Of a stretch of DNA of 64,000 nucleotides, positions 8,567 to 18,523 are shown one piece after another (positions within the stretch are counted from its first letter, which is position 1; every line of letters starts with the position of its first letter). The notes under the pieces are model-generated. The model did no database searches. It was not told the origin of the DNA and saw nothing but the letters and a program-made list of their open reading frames with translations. The translations under genes were made by a program, and so were the position numbers. Source of the DNA: a virus; IMG/VR virus record IMGVR_UViG_3300044825_002278, positions 39,910-103,909 of that record, one strand, 5' to 3'.

Positions 8567-9507
8567 ATTTTTGGTCTTTGAGAAAAGAAGGAAAAATTGG
8601 AGATAATCTTTTTTGTAACTTGTATAAATGTTGCAAGCAGATGAACATCCAAGAATTAAAAAACGGAACTAGAAAAACTACATTTGAAGCAATCCAAAAT
8701 TGTGTTGGATATGACCCAAATTTTTCAACATTAATAACTCACGCAGATGATTGGGGTATTAAAAAACATAGATCTAAAATAACAAAATCAAATTCAATTT
8801 ATAGTTACACTATTGAAGGAGCGCCACATAATGGATGTTATTTGAATCTAGAGATAGATTCTGTTTTGCCAAAAGCAAAAAGATGGTTTATGTCAAATTT
8901 GGGACAAGATATAGCAAAAAATGTATATCCAATACCAATCAATATTTGGCAAAAAGATTGGAATGGATTAGATATAAATCATCTTCGACAAACCGACAAA
9001 AAACATCTTTGTTATGCAAATTTCACAATGACCTCTCCCTATAGAATAACTGTGGCTGAATGGGCTTGGGGAGAAAAATACATTGATTGTTACTTTCCTA
9101 AAAGATATGAACATCAAGATGTTGAACTAAGTATGCCGATATTAAAGCATGAGCGATTATCTATGGACAAGTTTACCGAAACTTTAGCCTCGTATCATTT
9201 CTGTATTGCTCCAACTGGAAATGGTTTAGACTGTTTCAGAACTTGGGAGTGTATTCTATGCAACACAGTGCCGATAGTCCAAGACAATTGGATGAATAAA
9301 GTTTTCTCAAAAATATGGCCGATGATTTTGGTTCATAGATATGAATTTACAAACGTGTATGAAGAAATAAACAAATTTCATGAGCAATACGGTCAAATAA
9401 ACTATGATTATTCTTTGCTATTAGAAGAAAACTTTGAAGCTTTACTAGATAGGATAGAATATGAAAGTAATAGGCTTAGACGGGAACTCGTACAAATGGA
9501 ATCCTAA
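8563..9507 (+). CDS. Exostosin (GT47)-like glycosyltransferase
   Basis: LCYANF..T..YR and YHFCIAPTGNGLDCFRTWECILCNTVPIV, typical of exostosin-family C-termini. Confidence 0.7.
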   Translation: MNFWSLRKEGKIGDNLFCNLYKCCKQMNIQELKNGTRKTTFEAIQNCVGYDPNFSTLITHADDWGIKKHRSKITKSNSIYSYTIEGAPHNGCYLNLEIDSVLPKAKRWFMSNLGQDIAKNVYPIPINIWQKDWNGLDINHLRQTDKKHLCYANFTMTSPYRITVAEWAWGEKYIDCYFPKRYEHQDVELSMPILKHERLSMDKFTETLASYHFCIAPTGNGLDCFRTWECILCNTVPIVQDNWMNKVFSKIWPMILVHRYEFTNVYEEINKFHEQYGQINYDYSLLLEENFEALLDRIEYESNRLRRELVQMES

Positions 9508-9865
9508 ATCGGGTTCTGAATCAGCGAAAAGATCAAAACTTCATGAAAAGGCAAAAGTTATACTTGACATATGCTTTCCTTATGATAGAATCTTACAAGA
9601 AGTTTCGTTACCCGGAACCAAAACGCTTGGAAGAAAAGGAACTCTTAGAGCTGATTTTTTTATACCAAACAGAAATTTGATTGTTGAAATTCATGGCCAA
9701 CAGCATTTTAAATTCAACAAGTTTCATTTTAAAGATAAATTATCTTTTTTTCGCGCTCAAGCAAGAGACAGAGATAAACGAGAATGGTGTCGAGTAAATG
9801 AAATTAACATCATAGAATTTAATTATAACGAGAGTGAAGATGACTGGAGAAGAAAAATTAGCTGA
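9461..9865 (+). CDS. DUF559/Vsr-like endonuclease
   Basis: LRADFFIP, IVEIHGQQH, RDRDKREWC. Confidence 0.75.
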   Translation: MKVIGLDGNSYKWNPKSGSESAKRSKLHEKAKVILDICFPYDRILQEVSLPGTKTLGRKGTLRADFFIPNRNLIVEIHGQQHFKFNKFHFKDKLSFFRAQARDRDKREWCRVNEINIIEFNYNESEDDWRRKIS

Positions 9866-10319
9866 ATTCTTACAGGCTATAGAAGATTGGAAAACTTCTA
9901 AGCACTTAAAAGAAACAAAACCACCAAGAGATGAGTCGCAATTAAATGCCATACTAAATGGTAGCTCTGAATGGTTAAAGATGCTAAATGATAAAGAATG
10001 TACAATGTATGCTTATGAACTTTATGTTTATGCTGAATATATCGAAACAGTCAAAGCTAAAGAAAAAAATGTTTTAGAATGGGCAGATGCCTCTATTTGG
10101 TTTATAATAGGTGGAGTAATCAATCAGTACGGTAGTCAATACTCTAAGTGGCAAGAAAAGTATTATGCTGCTGTTAAAGAAAATCCGCTGGCTTCTGAAA
10201 TACTAAAGATAAAAAATCATGCCGAAGCAAGAGTTAGAACCCTAGAAGGCAAGCATGAAAGGTTGATGAAAATGGCAGAAATACTAAATAATTTAGCTAG
10301 GAGAAAACAGCATGGATAA
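9840..10319 (+). CDS. Helical hypothetical protein (possible UvsY-like recombination mediator)
   Basis: Coiled-coil character and position between recA and dnaB; functional call is weak. Confidence 0.5.
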   Translation: MTGEEKLAEFLQAIEDWKTSKHLKETKPPRDESQLNAILNGSSEWLKMLNDKECTMYAYELYVYAEYIETVKAKEKNVLEWADASIWFIIGGVINQYGSQYSKWQEKYYAAVKENPLASEILKIKNHAEARVRTLEGKHERLMKMAEILNNLARRKQHG

Positions 10320-10719
10320 TGAAATTGTAAATAAATTGTTGGAATCTTTGTCTCCAGAACAACAAGCTGAACTTGTGCAGCAGTTACTGCAAAAACAAGC
10401 AGCTCCTAAAAATGAAACACAAGCCTACAAAAGAAATCCTCCGAGCAGAGATAAAGATGAAAATCTTTTTGTTATGAAGCAAGAGACAAACAAAGTGCGA
10501 AAAACGCCAGTAACAGAAGGTAAACGGTTCAACAAATTTGTGGACAGCGGAGAGCATCGTGATGAAGTAAATCAAACACCGGTAGTAAAACCGACTGAAA
10601 GACGCAGACCTAGTTTTCAATTGGTTGAACAAACCTGTATGCGATGCAGTAAAAAAGTTCAAGTTCACCCTCAACACTCTCGCGAATTTTATGTGTGTGA
10701 TTCATGTCTAAGAAGATAG
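10312..10719 (+). CDS. Hypothetical protein with C-terminal zinc ribbon
   Basis: CMRC...CDSC. Confidence 0.7.
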   Translation: MDNEIVNKLLESLSPEQQAELVQQLLQKQAAPKNETQAYKRNPPSRDKDENLFVMKQETNKVRKTPVTEGKRFNKFVDSGEHRDEVNQTPVVKPTERRRPSFQLVEQTCMRCSKKVQVHPQHSREFYVCDSCLRR

Positions 10720-12176
10720 AAAATAAGTTAGAAGATTTAGCTTCAGAACGCGCGGTTTTGGCTGCGCTGTGCCAGTATGGTCTAGACGCATATTTAGATG
10801 TAGACTTTATTGATTCTAGGTCTTTTACAGACCCAATCAATCAGTTAATATTTGACTGTATTTATAAATCAATATCTGAAAATACTCAGGTAGAGCTTTC
10901 GTCTATTCTTTCTGCCGCAAACAACTTGGGTGTAGCAGAACAGATAAATAACAAAGACGAAATAGCTTTTATTAGATCATTATTTAACTTTCCAATACAC
11001 AAATCAAATGTTGGTGTTTACGCCGCAAAAATAGCAAAACTTAAGCTCGCTAGAGATTTGTTGCAAACACTTCGTGCCTGCGAGAAAGAACTTGGAAATG
11101 TTACAGGCGAAGAAGATATCATTGATATTATATCAAAGATAGAAGAGCCTCTACTTGATGCAACTGGCGATATATACCAATCATCAAGCAAAAAAACTCA
11201 AACGCTTGGAGAAGGTCTAGATGAGTATTTGGAATATGTTTCCAACAATGTTTCTGATTTTGTTGGTATACCAAGTGGATTTCCTGCTTATGATGCTGCT
11301 ATAGGCGGAGGATTGCGTAGGAAGTGCGTTGATCTTGTTGCAGCTAGACCAAAGGTTGGTAAATCAATGTTTGGCGATGCTGTAGCTTTGCATGTAGCGA
11401 GCAAATTAAATATTCCGGTTTTGATGCTTGATACTGAAATGTCAAAAGAAGATCACTACAATAGAATTTTAGCCAACTTGTCTGGTGTTGAAATTAATAA
11501 GATTTCCACTGGCAAGTTTAGCGAGAATGAAATTGAAAAAGAAAAGGTTTTTACTGCCGCTAAAAAGCTAAAAGAAATTCCATATCACTATATTAGTATT
11601 GCTGGAGAATCTTTTGAAAATATTTTGAGTCAGACTAGAAAATGGGTTTATCAACATGTAGGCTTTGACGAGAATGGTAAAACCAAAGACTGTCTCATAG
11701 TATATGACTATCTTAAACTAATGGGATCGGAAGGTATTAGCGCGGCTATGCAAGAATACCAAGTTCTTGGTTTTCAAATAACTAAACTTCACAATTTTGT
11801 TGTTAAATATGATGTTCCGTGTTTAGCTTTTGTGCAGTTAAATAGAGATGGTATTACTAAAGAAAGCACCGATGCAGTTTCTGGTTCGGATCGTTTGATT
11901 TGGCTTTGTACAAGTTTTTCAATATTCAAACTAAAATCAGACGAAGAAAAGGCCACTGACGGAACAAACAATGGAGATAGAAAATTAGTGCCGGTTGTTT
12001 CTCGTCATGGAGAAGGTTTGGATGATGGCGACTATATTAGCATGAAAATGCATGGCCGTTACGGAAGAATTGAGCAGGGTTTAACAAGAAATGAAATTCA
12101 TGAAAACAACAAAGTTAGACAAGAAGGTTTTGAAACCGACAACATTGACGAAGGAGAAGATTTCGTCGTTATGTGA
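10704..12176 (+). CDS. dnaB: Replicative DNA helicase DnaB-like
   Basis: SERAVLAAL, GIPSGF, AARPKVGKS, DTEM, VYDYLKLM, VQLNR, SGSD. Confidence 0.93.
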   Translation: MSKKIENKLEDLASERAVLAALCQYGLDAYLDVDFIDSRSFTDPINQLIFDCIYKSISENTQVELSSILSAANNLGVAEQINNKDEIAFIRSLFNFPIHKSNVGVYAAKIAKLKLARDLLQTLRACEKELGNVTGEEDIIDIISKIEEPLLDATGDIYQSSSKKTQTLGEGLDEYLEYVSNNVSDFVGIPSGFPAYDAAIGGGLRRKCVDLVAARPKVGKSMFGDAVALHVASKLNIPVLMLDTEMSKEDHYNRILANLSGVEINKISTGKFSENEIEKEKVFTAAKKLKEIPYHYISIAGESFENILSQTRKWVYQHVGFDENGKTKDCLIVYDYLKLMGSEGISAAMQEYQVLGFQITKLHNFVVKYDVPCLAFVQLNRDGITKESTDAVSGSDRLIWLCTSFSIFKLKSDEEKATDGTNNGDRKLVPVVSRHGEGLDDGDYISMKMHGRYGRIEQGLTRNEIHENNKVRQEGFETDNIDEGEDFVVM

Positions 12177-13173
12177 TGAAGTTTTTCTTAAAATTCATTC
12201 GTTGCTAGAGCGATTAGAAATTGACTATGTTGAATATCCAAATAGACTAGCGTTTCCTTGTCCGGTTCACGGTGGAGATAACCCAGAGGCTTGTTGTATT
12301 TTTACCGATGGGCTTACCAATCAAGGTAATTGGGCCTGTTGGACGCATTCTTGCCACGATGAATACGTCAACAATCTTTTCGGGTTTGTTCGTGGGTGTT
12401 TATCTTATAAAAGCGGTAAACCGGTATCAATGCACGAAACCTCAAAATTTCTTTGCGAGTTTATAGCAAAAGATTTAGATGATCTAGAAGTTAAACAAAC
12501 CAGAGAAAGTAAAACTTTAGATATCTTTAATAGGAAGATTAGCAGAGTAAATACCAATGTTTCTAGAGAAGAGATAAGAAGCAGAATAAAAATACCATCT
12601 GAATATTATATTCGTAGAGGCTATTCTGCTGATATTTTAAATCTATTTGATGTTGGAGAATGTCTTGCTGACAATCAACCCATGAGCGGCAGGGTTGTAG
12701 TCCCAATATATGACGAGAGCTATAATTATGTTGGTTGTGTAGGAAGGGCAATAAAAGAACATATTAATCCAAAATGGTTGCACAGTAAGAACTTTACAAA
12801 AAATGTTTTATATGGAATGAATTTAGCAAAAGACAATATACTGTCCAAAAGAACTGTCGCGATTGTAGAGGGTCAGGGTGATGTTTGGCGAGCTTTCGAG
12901 GCTGGTTTGAATATAACAGTTGGTATATTTGGATGTAGTCTAAATGATGATCAATTGATATTATTAGAGCAAAGCGGAGCGTTAAATGCTATAATACTTA
13001 CAGACCAAGATGAAGCTGGAAACAAAGCCGCAGAACAAATTATGAATAAATGCGGCAGAAGATTTAATTATATCAGACCCAAATGGTCAACTAAAGACAT
13101 TGGAGATTTAACAGTCGAACAAATCAAAACAGAAATATTTCCCCAGTTGAAAGGACTTGTTGATGAAAACTAG
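12130..13173 (+). CDS. dnaG: DNA primase (CHC2 zinc finger plus TOPRIM)
   Basis: CPVHGGDN...WACWTHSC, GRVVVPI, GRA, VEGQGDV, TDQDEAG; TTG start with GAAGG RBS (frame open from 12091). Confidence 0.9.
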   Translation: MKPTTLTKEKISSLCDEVFLKIHSLLERLEIDYVEYPNRLAFPCPVHGGDNPEACCIFTDGLTNQGNWACWTHSCHDEYVNNLFGFVRGCLSYKSGKPVSMHETSKFLCEFIAKDLDDLEVKQTRESKTLDIFNRKISRVNTNVSREEIRSRIKIPSEYYIRRGYSADILNLFDVGECLADNQPMSGRVVVPIYDESYNYVGCVGRAIKEHINPKWLHSKNFTKNVLYGMNLAKDNILSKRTVAIVEGQGDVWRAFEAGLNITVGIFGCSLNDDQLILLEQSGALNAIILTDQDEAGNKAAEQIMNKCGRRFNYIRPKWSTKDIGDLTVEQIKTEIFPQLKGLVDEN

Positions 13174-14080
13174 AATTTTAGCTTTTGCTGGCTGCAAACA
13201 AGCTGGTAAATCTACTTGCTCAAACTTTTTGCATGGATATCAACTTCGCGCACAGGAAGTTATTCAAGATTTCGCCATTACTGAGCATGGAAAGCTTGTA
13301 GTAAAAACAGAAATTAGCGAAGATGGTAAAACTGAAATTGGCGAGACGTTTCTAGACACATCAAGAAAAGATCCTGATTTCGTAGAGTGGGCAATGTATA
13401 ATATGTGGCCATTTGTAAAAAAGTATTCGTTTGCGGATACTTTAAAAGAAATTGGCATGACTCTTTTTGGTTTGACTTATGAGCAAGTTTATGGTTCTGA
13501 AGCATATAAAAACCAACTCGTAGAACATCTACGGTGGGAAAATATGCCGGGTGTTATCACCCATAAAATGGTATCTTCTTTTATGGTTGGTATAAATCCA
13601 CCAATTAAAACTGCAAATGACTATATTGAATATGATAAAGATTTTACTGATGTATTTAAATTTATTATACATAAACCCGGACCAATGACTGTGCGCGAAT
13701 TTCTACAGTATTTTGGAACCGAAGTATGTCGTAAAATATATGAACCAATATGGGTAAATAGAACCATCAAAGATATACAGCAAGAAGAACCTTTACTTGC
13801 GGTTATTGATGATTGTAGATTTGAAAATGAAATCAGGGCAGTTCAAGAAGCTGGCGGAAAAGTAATTGGACTAACTAGAAACGCCTCAAAAGATAAACAT
13901 GACAGCGAACGAGTAATTGAAGATCATTCTGATATGATGGATGCAATTATTGATAATCAGAACATGGAAATTTTTGATGTTTGTAAATCAATCATAACAC
14001 AGCTAGATGAATGGGGATGGCTTGGAGCGCAAACGGTCACAAATAATGTAAAAGGACTTCACACCATAAAGGGTAAATAA
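13163..14080 (+). CDS. Deoxynucleoside monophosphate kinase (T4 gp1-like)
   Basis: AGCKQAGKST, SFADTLKE, REFLQYFGTEVCR, IDDCRFENE, HDSE. Confidence 0.85.
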   Translation: MKTRILAFAGCKQAGKSTCSNFLHGYQLRAQEVIQDFAITEHGKLVVKTEISEDGKTEIGETFLDTSRKDPDFVEWAMYNMWPFVKKYSFADTLKEIGMTLFGLTYEQVYGSEAYKNQLVEHLRWENMPGVITHKMVSSFMVGINPPIKTANDYIEYDKDFTDVFKFIIHKPGPMTVREFLQYFGTEVCRKIYEPIWVNRTIKDIQQEEPLLAVIDDCRFENEIRAVQEAGGKVIGLTRNASKDKHDSERVIEDHSDMMDAIIDNQNMEIFDVCKSIITQLDEWGWLGAQTVTNNVKGLHTIKGK

Positions 14081-14103
14081 TGATAGTTACATATACTAAA
14101 TAA
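14080..14103 (+). pseudogene. Orphan 5' stub (MIVTYTK*) of the exonuclease gene at 15004
   Basis: TAATG-coupled to the kinase stop; MIVTY parallels MLCTY at 15004. Confidence 0.6.
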
Positions 14104-14131
14104 TCAAAATAAATCCACTTATTGTTTATTT

Positions 14132-14179
14132 TGTGTATTATACTGTGTAACAATTACATTTTTTGCGAGATACAGTATG
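14132..14179 (+). promoter_or_regulatory. Promoter-like motif TGTGTATTATA plus a hairpin sequestering the endonuclease start codon
   Basis: ATACTGTGT (14140-14148) pairs with ATACAGTAT (14170-14178), with one G-U pair, covering the ATG at 14177. Confidence 0.6.
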
Positions 14180-15001
14180 AAACCAAGTAAAAAACAATTA
14201 CAAGATCAATTAAATCAGGGAAAAACACTGAAGCAAATAGCAGAATATTTCGGCAAGAAATCTGCGTCATCTATTAAAAACTGGTTATCTAATTATAATC
14301 TTATTTCTAATAAGGTTTGTAAGCCTTGGACAGAGGAAGAAGATAGGTTTTTGGTAGAAAATTACCCAAAGTATGGATATGAATATTGTGGAAAAAAACT
14401 TGGTAGATCAAAAGATTCGATATATCAAAGATGTCAAAAAATTGATATTTGTAAAAATAGTAAATGGCAATCTTTAGATAGGGATTGGCTTATAAAATGT
14501 TATGAGGAAGACAATTTGAGCATTAAAAATATAGCAAGTCAAATAGATGGTATAGAATTCTGGGATGTCTACGCGGCTCTAATACATTATGGAATAAAAA
14601 TAAACAAATCTGGCAAATACTATGGAAAAGATCATCATAATTGGTCTGGATATCAAGAAATTTCAAATACTCATTGGTTGTCAATAAAACAATCTGCAAA
14701 AAAGGGAAGGTCTAGAGAGATAGATTTTGATATAACTATAGAGGAAGCATGGGAATTATTTATAGGGCAAAATCGTCAATGCGCTTTATCTGGAGTAGAA
14801 ATTAAATTTTCTCCAACCGGAAGTAATAGGTATCAAAAAACTACAGCATCGTTAGATAGAATAGATTCTTCAAAAGGATATTTTTTAAATAATTGCCAAT
14901 GGGTTCATAAAAATATCAACATGATGAAACAATCTTTATCCGATAAAGAGTTCATAGATTGGTGTTCTAAAGTTTGTAATTACAATCAAGGTAAAAAATA
15001 A
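14177..15001 (+). CDS. Free-standing HNH/His-Me-type homing endonuclease with N-terminal HTH/Myb-like repeats
   Basis: TLKQIAEYFG, PWTEEEDRFL, CALSG...ASLDRIDSSKGY..NCQWVHKNINMMK. Confidence 0.85.
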   Translation: MKPSKKQLQDQLNQGKTLKQIAEYFGKKSASSIKNWLSNYNLISNKVCKPWTEEEDRFLVENYPKYGYEYCGKKLGRSKDSIYQRCQKIDICKNSKWQSLDRDWLIKCYEEDNLSIKNIASQIDGIEFWDVYAALIHYGIKINKSGKYYGKDHHNWSGYQEISNTHWLSIKQSAKKGRSREIDFDITIEEAWELFIGQNRQCALSGVEIKFSPTGSNRYQKTTASLDRIDSSKGYFLNNCQWVHKNINMMKQSLSDKEFIDWCSKVCNYNQGKK

Positions 15002-15003
15002 TT

Positions 15004-16023
15004 ATGTTATGCACCTACGTTCGCTCATCAAGCTATAATAACTATGACTATTGCGAGATGCAGTACTTCATTACTTATGTACTTGGACATACGTCAAGTT
15101 CTAATAAAAAAGCCCAACTAGGAACAATTGTCCATAAAGTAATGGAGTGTTTAGCGTCTTGCAAAAAACAACTTCAAGATAATCCAAATGAAAAAAGTTT
15201 GTTTGTAAATGATGATGCCTTGGGTAAAATAAATTTTACTCCAAAAACTCTATTTACAAAAGGTTTTGTATTTAAGCTTTTAGATCAAAGTTATGAATAT
15301 TATACATCGAATTGCACCCATAATTACATACCGGCAGATAAAAAGTTTTGTCGTGAATTAACTGATAGCGCTTTGAATTATAATGACGGACAATTTGACC
15401 CTAGAAATAGAAAAATCATAGATGCCGAACCGCGTTTTGATATACCAATAAACAAAGACTGGGCTAAATTTAAATATATGATTGGCGGTCAAGAAGTTGA
15501 GGGTCAATTAGCAATAAAGGGAACAATCGATCTTGTTACCGAAATTGAAGATGGCATTATAGAAGTTATAGATTGGAAAACTGGACAAAGAAAAAATTGG
15601 GCTACCGGAGAAGAAAAAACTTACGAAAAACTAATTGACGATCCTCAGCTTTTATTGTATAATTACGCTATCTCTCAACTTTATCCAAACTACGAACAAG
15701 CGATAATGTCGATATTCTTTATACGAGATGGCGGTCCATTTAGCTTGTGTTTCGATAAATCAGACCAAGAAAGATTCTTGGAAATGTTAGAAAAAAGATT
15801 TACAGAAATAAAAAATAATACAAAACCAAAACCATGTTCAGCAAATAGAACAAATTTCAAATGTACCAAGCTATGCGACTTTTACAAAAAGACTTGGCCG
15901 GGAACAAATGTTTCAATGTGTGAACATGTTGAAGAACATTTAAAAACTTTTGGTCATGATGCAACAGTGGAGAAATGTACAAAAGATGGACACAATATCG
16001 GATATTACCAAGCGCCGGGATAA
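15004..16023 (+). CDS. PD-(D/E)XK nuclease (RecB/AddB/Cas4-like exonuclease)
   Basis: SSSYNNYDYC, LGTIVHKVME, KGTIDLV, VIDWKTG, QLLLY, C-terminal Cys cluster. Confidence 0.88.
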   Translation: MLCTYVRSSSYNNYDYCEMQYFITYVLGHTSSSNKKAQLGTIVHKVMECLASCKKQLQDNPNEKSLFVNDDALGKINFTPKTLFTKGFVFKLLDQSYEYYTSNCTHNYIPADKKFCRELTDSALNYNDGQFDPRNRKIIDAEPRFDIPINKDWAKFKYMIGGQEVEGQLAIKGTIDLVTEIEDGIIEVIDWKTGQRKNWATGEEKTYEKLIDDPQLLLYNYAISQLYPNYEQAIMSIFFIRDGGPFSLCFDKSDQERFLEMLEKRFTEIKNNTKPKPCSANRTNFKCTKLCDFYKKTWPGTNVSMCEHVEEHLKTFGHDATVEKCTKDGHNIGYYQAPG

Positions 16024-16768
16024 GATAGTTTTATTAATCGAATTTTTTAAATCAGAATTTGAGGAAAGAAATAAAGAGTTCTTAGAAGCTCTAAGAAGAA
16101 ATATAGACTGCGAGCATATTCACAAGATTGTTTTATTTTATGAAAATAGTCTTGATGAATATCCAGATATTCCATATAGCCCAAAAGTAGAAATAGCATA
16201 TACCAAAAAGAGAATGACTTTTGGTGATTATTTTACTTACTGCAACAATAAGCTTAATAGTAACATTTACATTGTGGCGAACAGTGACATATATTTTGAT
16301 GATTCAATAAAGCATGTTTGTTCGATGGGCGAAAATGACTTTTTATGCATCACTAGGTGGAATAATGGTATTTTACAAGGACATGCCGCTTATTCTCAGG
16401 ACGTATGGGTTTTTAGAAAAAAAATACCAGATAACATGATGCGTTATTGCGATTTTCAGCTTGGTAAACAACAATGTGACAACAGAGTTGCTTTTCTAGC
16501 GATGAGAAGCGGGTTTAACATAATTAATCCATGCTATTTAGTTAAATGTCATCATTTACACAAAGATCCAAATAAAATAACTTACAAGAAAGATGATTTT
16601 CATAAAGACCTTGCGAGATTGTCGTCTATAGAGCCAACCGATAGAATTGAATATGAACCAAACAATGTTTGTGGTTTTATTGGTAACTTTTTTGGAAATA
16701 AATATATTGAATTTTTTAGGAATGAATTGAATGAGTTGGAATCCAATAAATTGCAAAACACACTTTAG
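15986..16768 (+). CDS. Glycosyltransferase-like protein (GT-A fold)
   Basis: ERNKEF, IVANSDIYFD, SQDVWVF, LGKQQCDNR, HLH; start codon uncertain (frame open from 15950). Confidence 0.6.
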   Translation: MDTISDITKRRDKIVLLIEFFKSEFEERNKEFLEALRRNIDCEHIHKIVLFYENSLDEYPDIPYSPKVEIAYTKKRMTFGDYFTYCNNKLNSNIYIVANSDIYFDDSIKHVCSMGENDFLCITRWNNGILQGHAAYSQDVWVFRKKIPDNMMRYCDFQLGKQQCDNRVAFLAMRSGFNIINPCYLVKCHHLHKDPNKITYKKDDFHKDLARLSSIEPTDRIEYEPNNVCGFIGNFFGNKYIEFFRNELNELESNKLQNTL

Positions 16769-18305
16769 TTTACAGCATGGGTTTTGTAAACCAGATAAAT
16801 TAGCCAAGAAATGCTCTGACTATGGTTATCAAGCCTGTGGAATAGCAGATTTTGGAACGCTTTCTGGAGCTGTAGATTTCCATCAAAGTTGTACAAAACA
16901 TGGAATCAAACCGATTATTGGTTGTGAATTCGATGGTTATATTCTTTATGCAAAAAACAAAGACGGTTGGTTTGATTTGGTTAAATATGTTTCAAATCAA
17001 AATCTTGAAGTGTTGAAAGAAATAGCAAAGAATGGAAACGTGCTTTGCGTTACTCCATCTGTAAATGGATTTGCTAATTTGTTTAAAAGTAATCATATAC
17101 AGATGGACTACTCAGACGAAGCTATTTATTATGTTGAAAAAGATGACGCTGATTGTCACCGTATTATGCTATGCGGAAAGTTAAAAACTACACTGAAAAA
17201 AGTGAAGAATATTGAAAACAATGAATATCAACAGTTCTTTGACGGTAACGATAGATGGTATCTTCCATCGCAGGAAGAGTCAAACAAAACCAGTAGTATT
17301 GATAAGCTGGTAAATGTCTGTGAAGCTTATGAACTTGCTGGCCCTCCAATGTTGCCAAACTTTGAATGTCCAATTGGTTATGATGAAGATCAATACCTAA
17401 CCGAGCTGTGTCGAGTTGGGTGGAAAAAGAAACTTGTTCCGTGTAATAAAGTATCTACAGAAGAACAAAAAAACATTTATGCAGAAAGAGTCAAACACGA
17501 ACTCAAAGTTATATTCAAGGCAAAACTTTCTGGTTATTTCTTGATCGTTCAAGACATTATCAAATGGGTCAAATCAAAAGGCTGGCTTGCTGGTCCCGGA
17601 CGAGGCAGCGCTGCTGGGTGTCTGATTTCTTATCTGCTTGACATTACCGAAGTTGATCCAATAGAATATGATTTAATTTTCGAGCGTTTTTATAATGAAG
17701 GAAGAAACACAGAAGGCAATGTTGCAATTCCAGATATAGATATGGATGTGCCAGCGGAACATCGCGACGAAGTTATAGATTATATCAAACAAAAATATGG
17801 CGAATCCAATGTGTCTCAAATGATTACATTTGGGCGTTTACAGGGAAGAGCCGCAGTAAAAGAGGTTTTGAGAATCAATGAAGCTGTGTCATTTGCAGAA
17901 ATGAATGCTATAACAGATAGTATTCCAGATGAAGCTAAAATTTCTGATCAGTTAGAGCTTATGGAAGATAAGTCAATTATCAAATGGGCTTTGGAAAATG
18001 AACCAGATAATTTAAGAAATTGGTGTTTTTATAACGATAATAATGAACTTGATGGGCCACTAGCCAATTTGTTTCAACAAGCAATTAAAATAGAAGGAAC
18101 AAACAAATCCCAAGGAAAACATCCCGCTGGAGTTATTATATCAAAACATAAGCTCAACGAGGTTTGTCCGATGACAAACGATAAATCTGGAGATCCTGTT
18201 GTTGCTTTTGAAATGAATGCTCTTGAATATCAAGGTCATATAAAATTTGACGTTTTAGGAATTGATTTACTGTCTAAGATAATGGAGATTTGCGATGAAG
18301 AATGA
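16731..18305 (+). CDS. dnaE: DNA polymerase III alpha, N-terminal part (degenerate PHP plus palm/thumb)
   Basis: IKPIIGCE, YFLIVQD, GPGRGSAAG, LIFERF, PDIDMD, GKHPAGVII, IKFDVLG. Confidence 0.92.
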   Translation: MSWNPINCKTHFSLQHGFCKPDKLAKKCSDYGYQACGIADFGTLSGAVDFHQSCTKHGIKPIIGCEFDGYILYAKNKDGWFDLVKYVSNQNLEVLKEIAKNGNVLCVTPSVNGFANLFKSNHIQMDYSDEAIYYVEKDDADCHRIMLCGKLKTTLKKVKNIENNEYQQFFDGNDRWYLPSQEESNKTSSIDKLVNVCEAYELAGPPMLPNFECPIGYDEDQYLTELCRVGWKKKLVPCNKVSTEEQKNIYAERVKHELKVIFKAKLSGYFLIVQDIIKWVKSKGWLAGPGRGSAAGCLISYLLDITEVDPIEYDLIFERFYNEGRNTEGNVAIPDIDMDVPAEHRDEVIDYIKQKYGESNVSQMITFGRLQGRAAVKEVLRINEAVSFAEMNAITDSIPDEAKISDQLELMEDKSIIKWALENEPDNLRNWCFYNDNNELDGPLANLFQQAIKIEGTNKSQGKHPAGVIISKHKLNEVCPMTNDKSGDPVVAFEMNALEYQGHIKFDVLGIDLLSKIMEICDEE

Positions 18306-18522
18306 AGACGTTTACAAGGCTGTTATATTTGACGGCGCTTTTGTTGAGGCTAACGGTGTTTCTTTGTGTAATTTAGAAGACGCAATACGTGGTAACTCGT
18401 TTATACCAAGAGCAAAATACCAAGTATGGTCCGATAGACATAAGTATCATCAGTTGTTTTTTAACATCGATGATGCTGTAGCGACATTTTTGGAACTCAA
18501 ATCAAAGAAAAATTGGAATTAG
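18295..18522 (+). CDS. Hypothetical protein
   Basis: GGAG RBS; overlaps the dnaE-N stop. Confidence 0.65.
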   Translation: MKNEDVYKAVIFDGAFVEANGVSLCNLEDAIRGNSFIPRAKYQVWSDRHKYHQLFFNIDDAVATFLELKSKKNWN

Positions 18523-18523
18523 T

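Noticed and set aside
15004-16023. Cas4/CRISPR system
   Set aside because: No repeat-spacer array or other cas genes; stand-alone nucleases of this type are common in phage replication modules.
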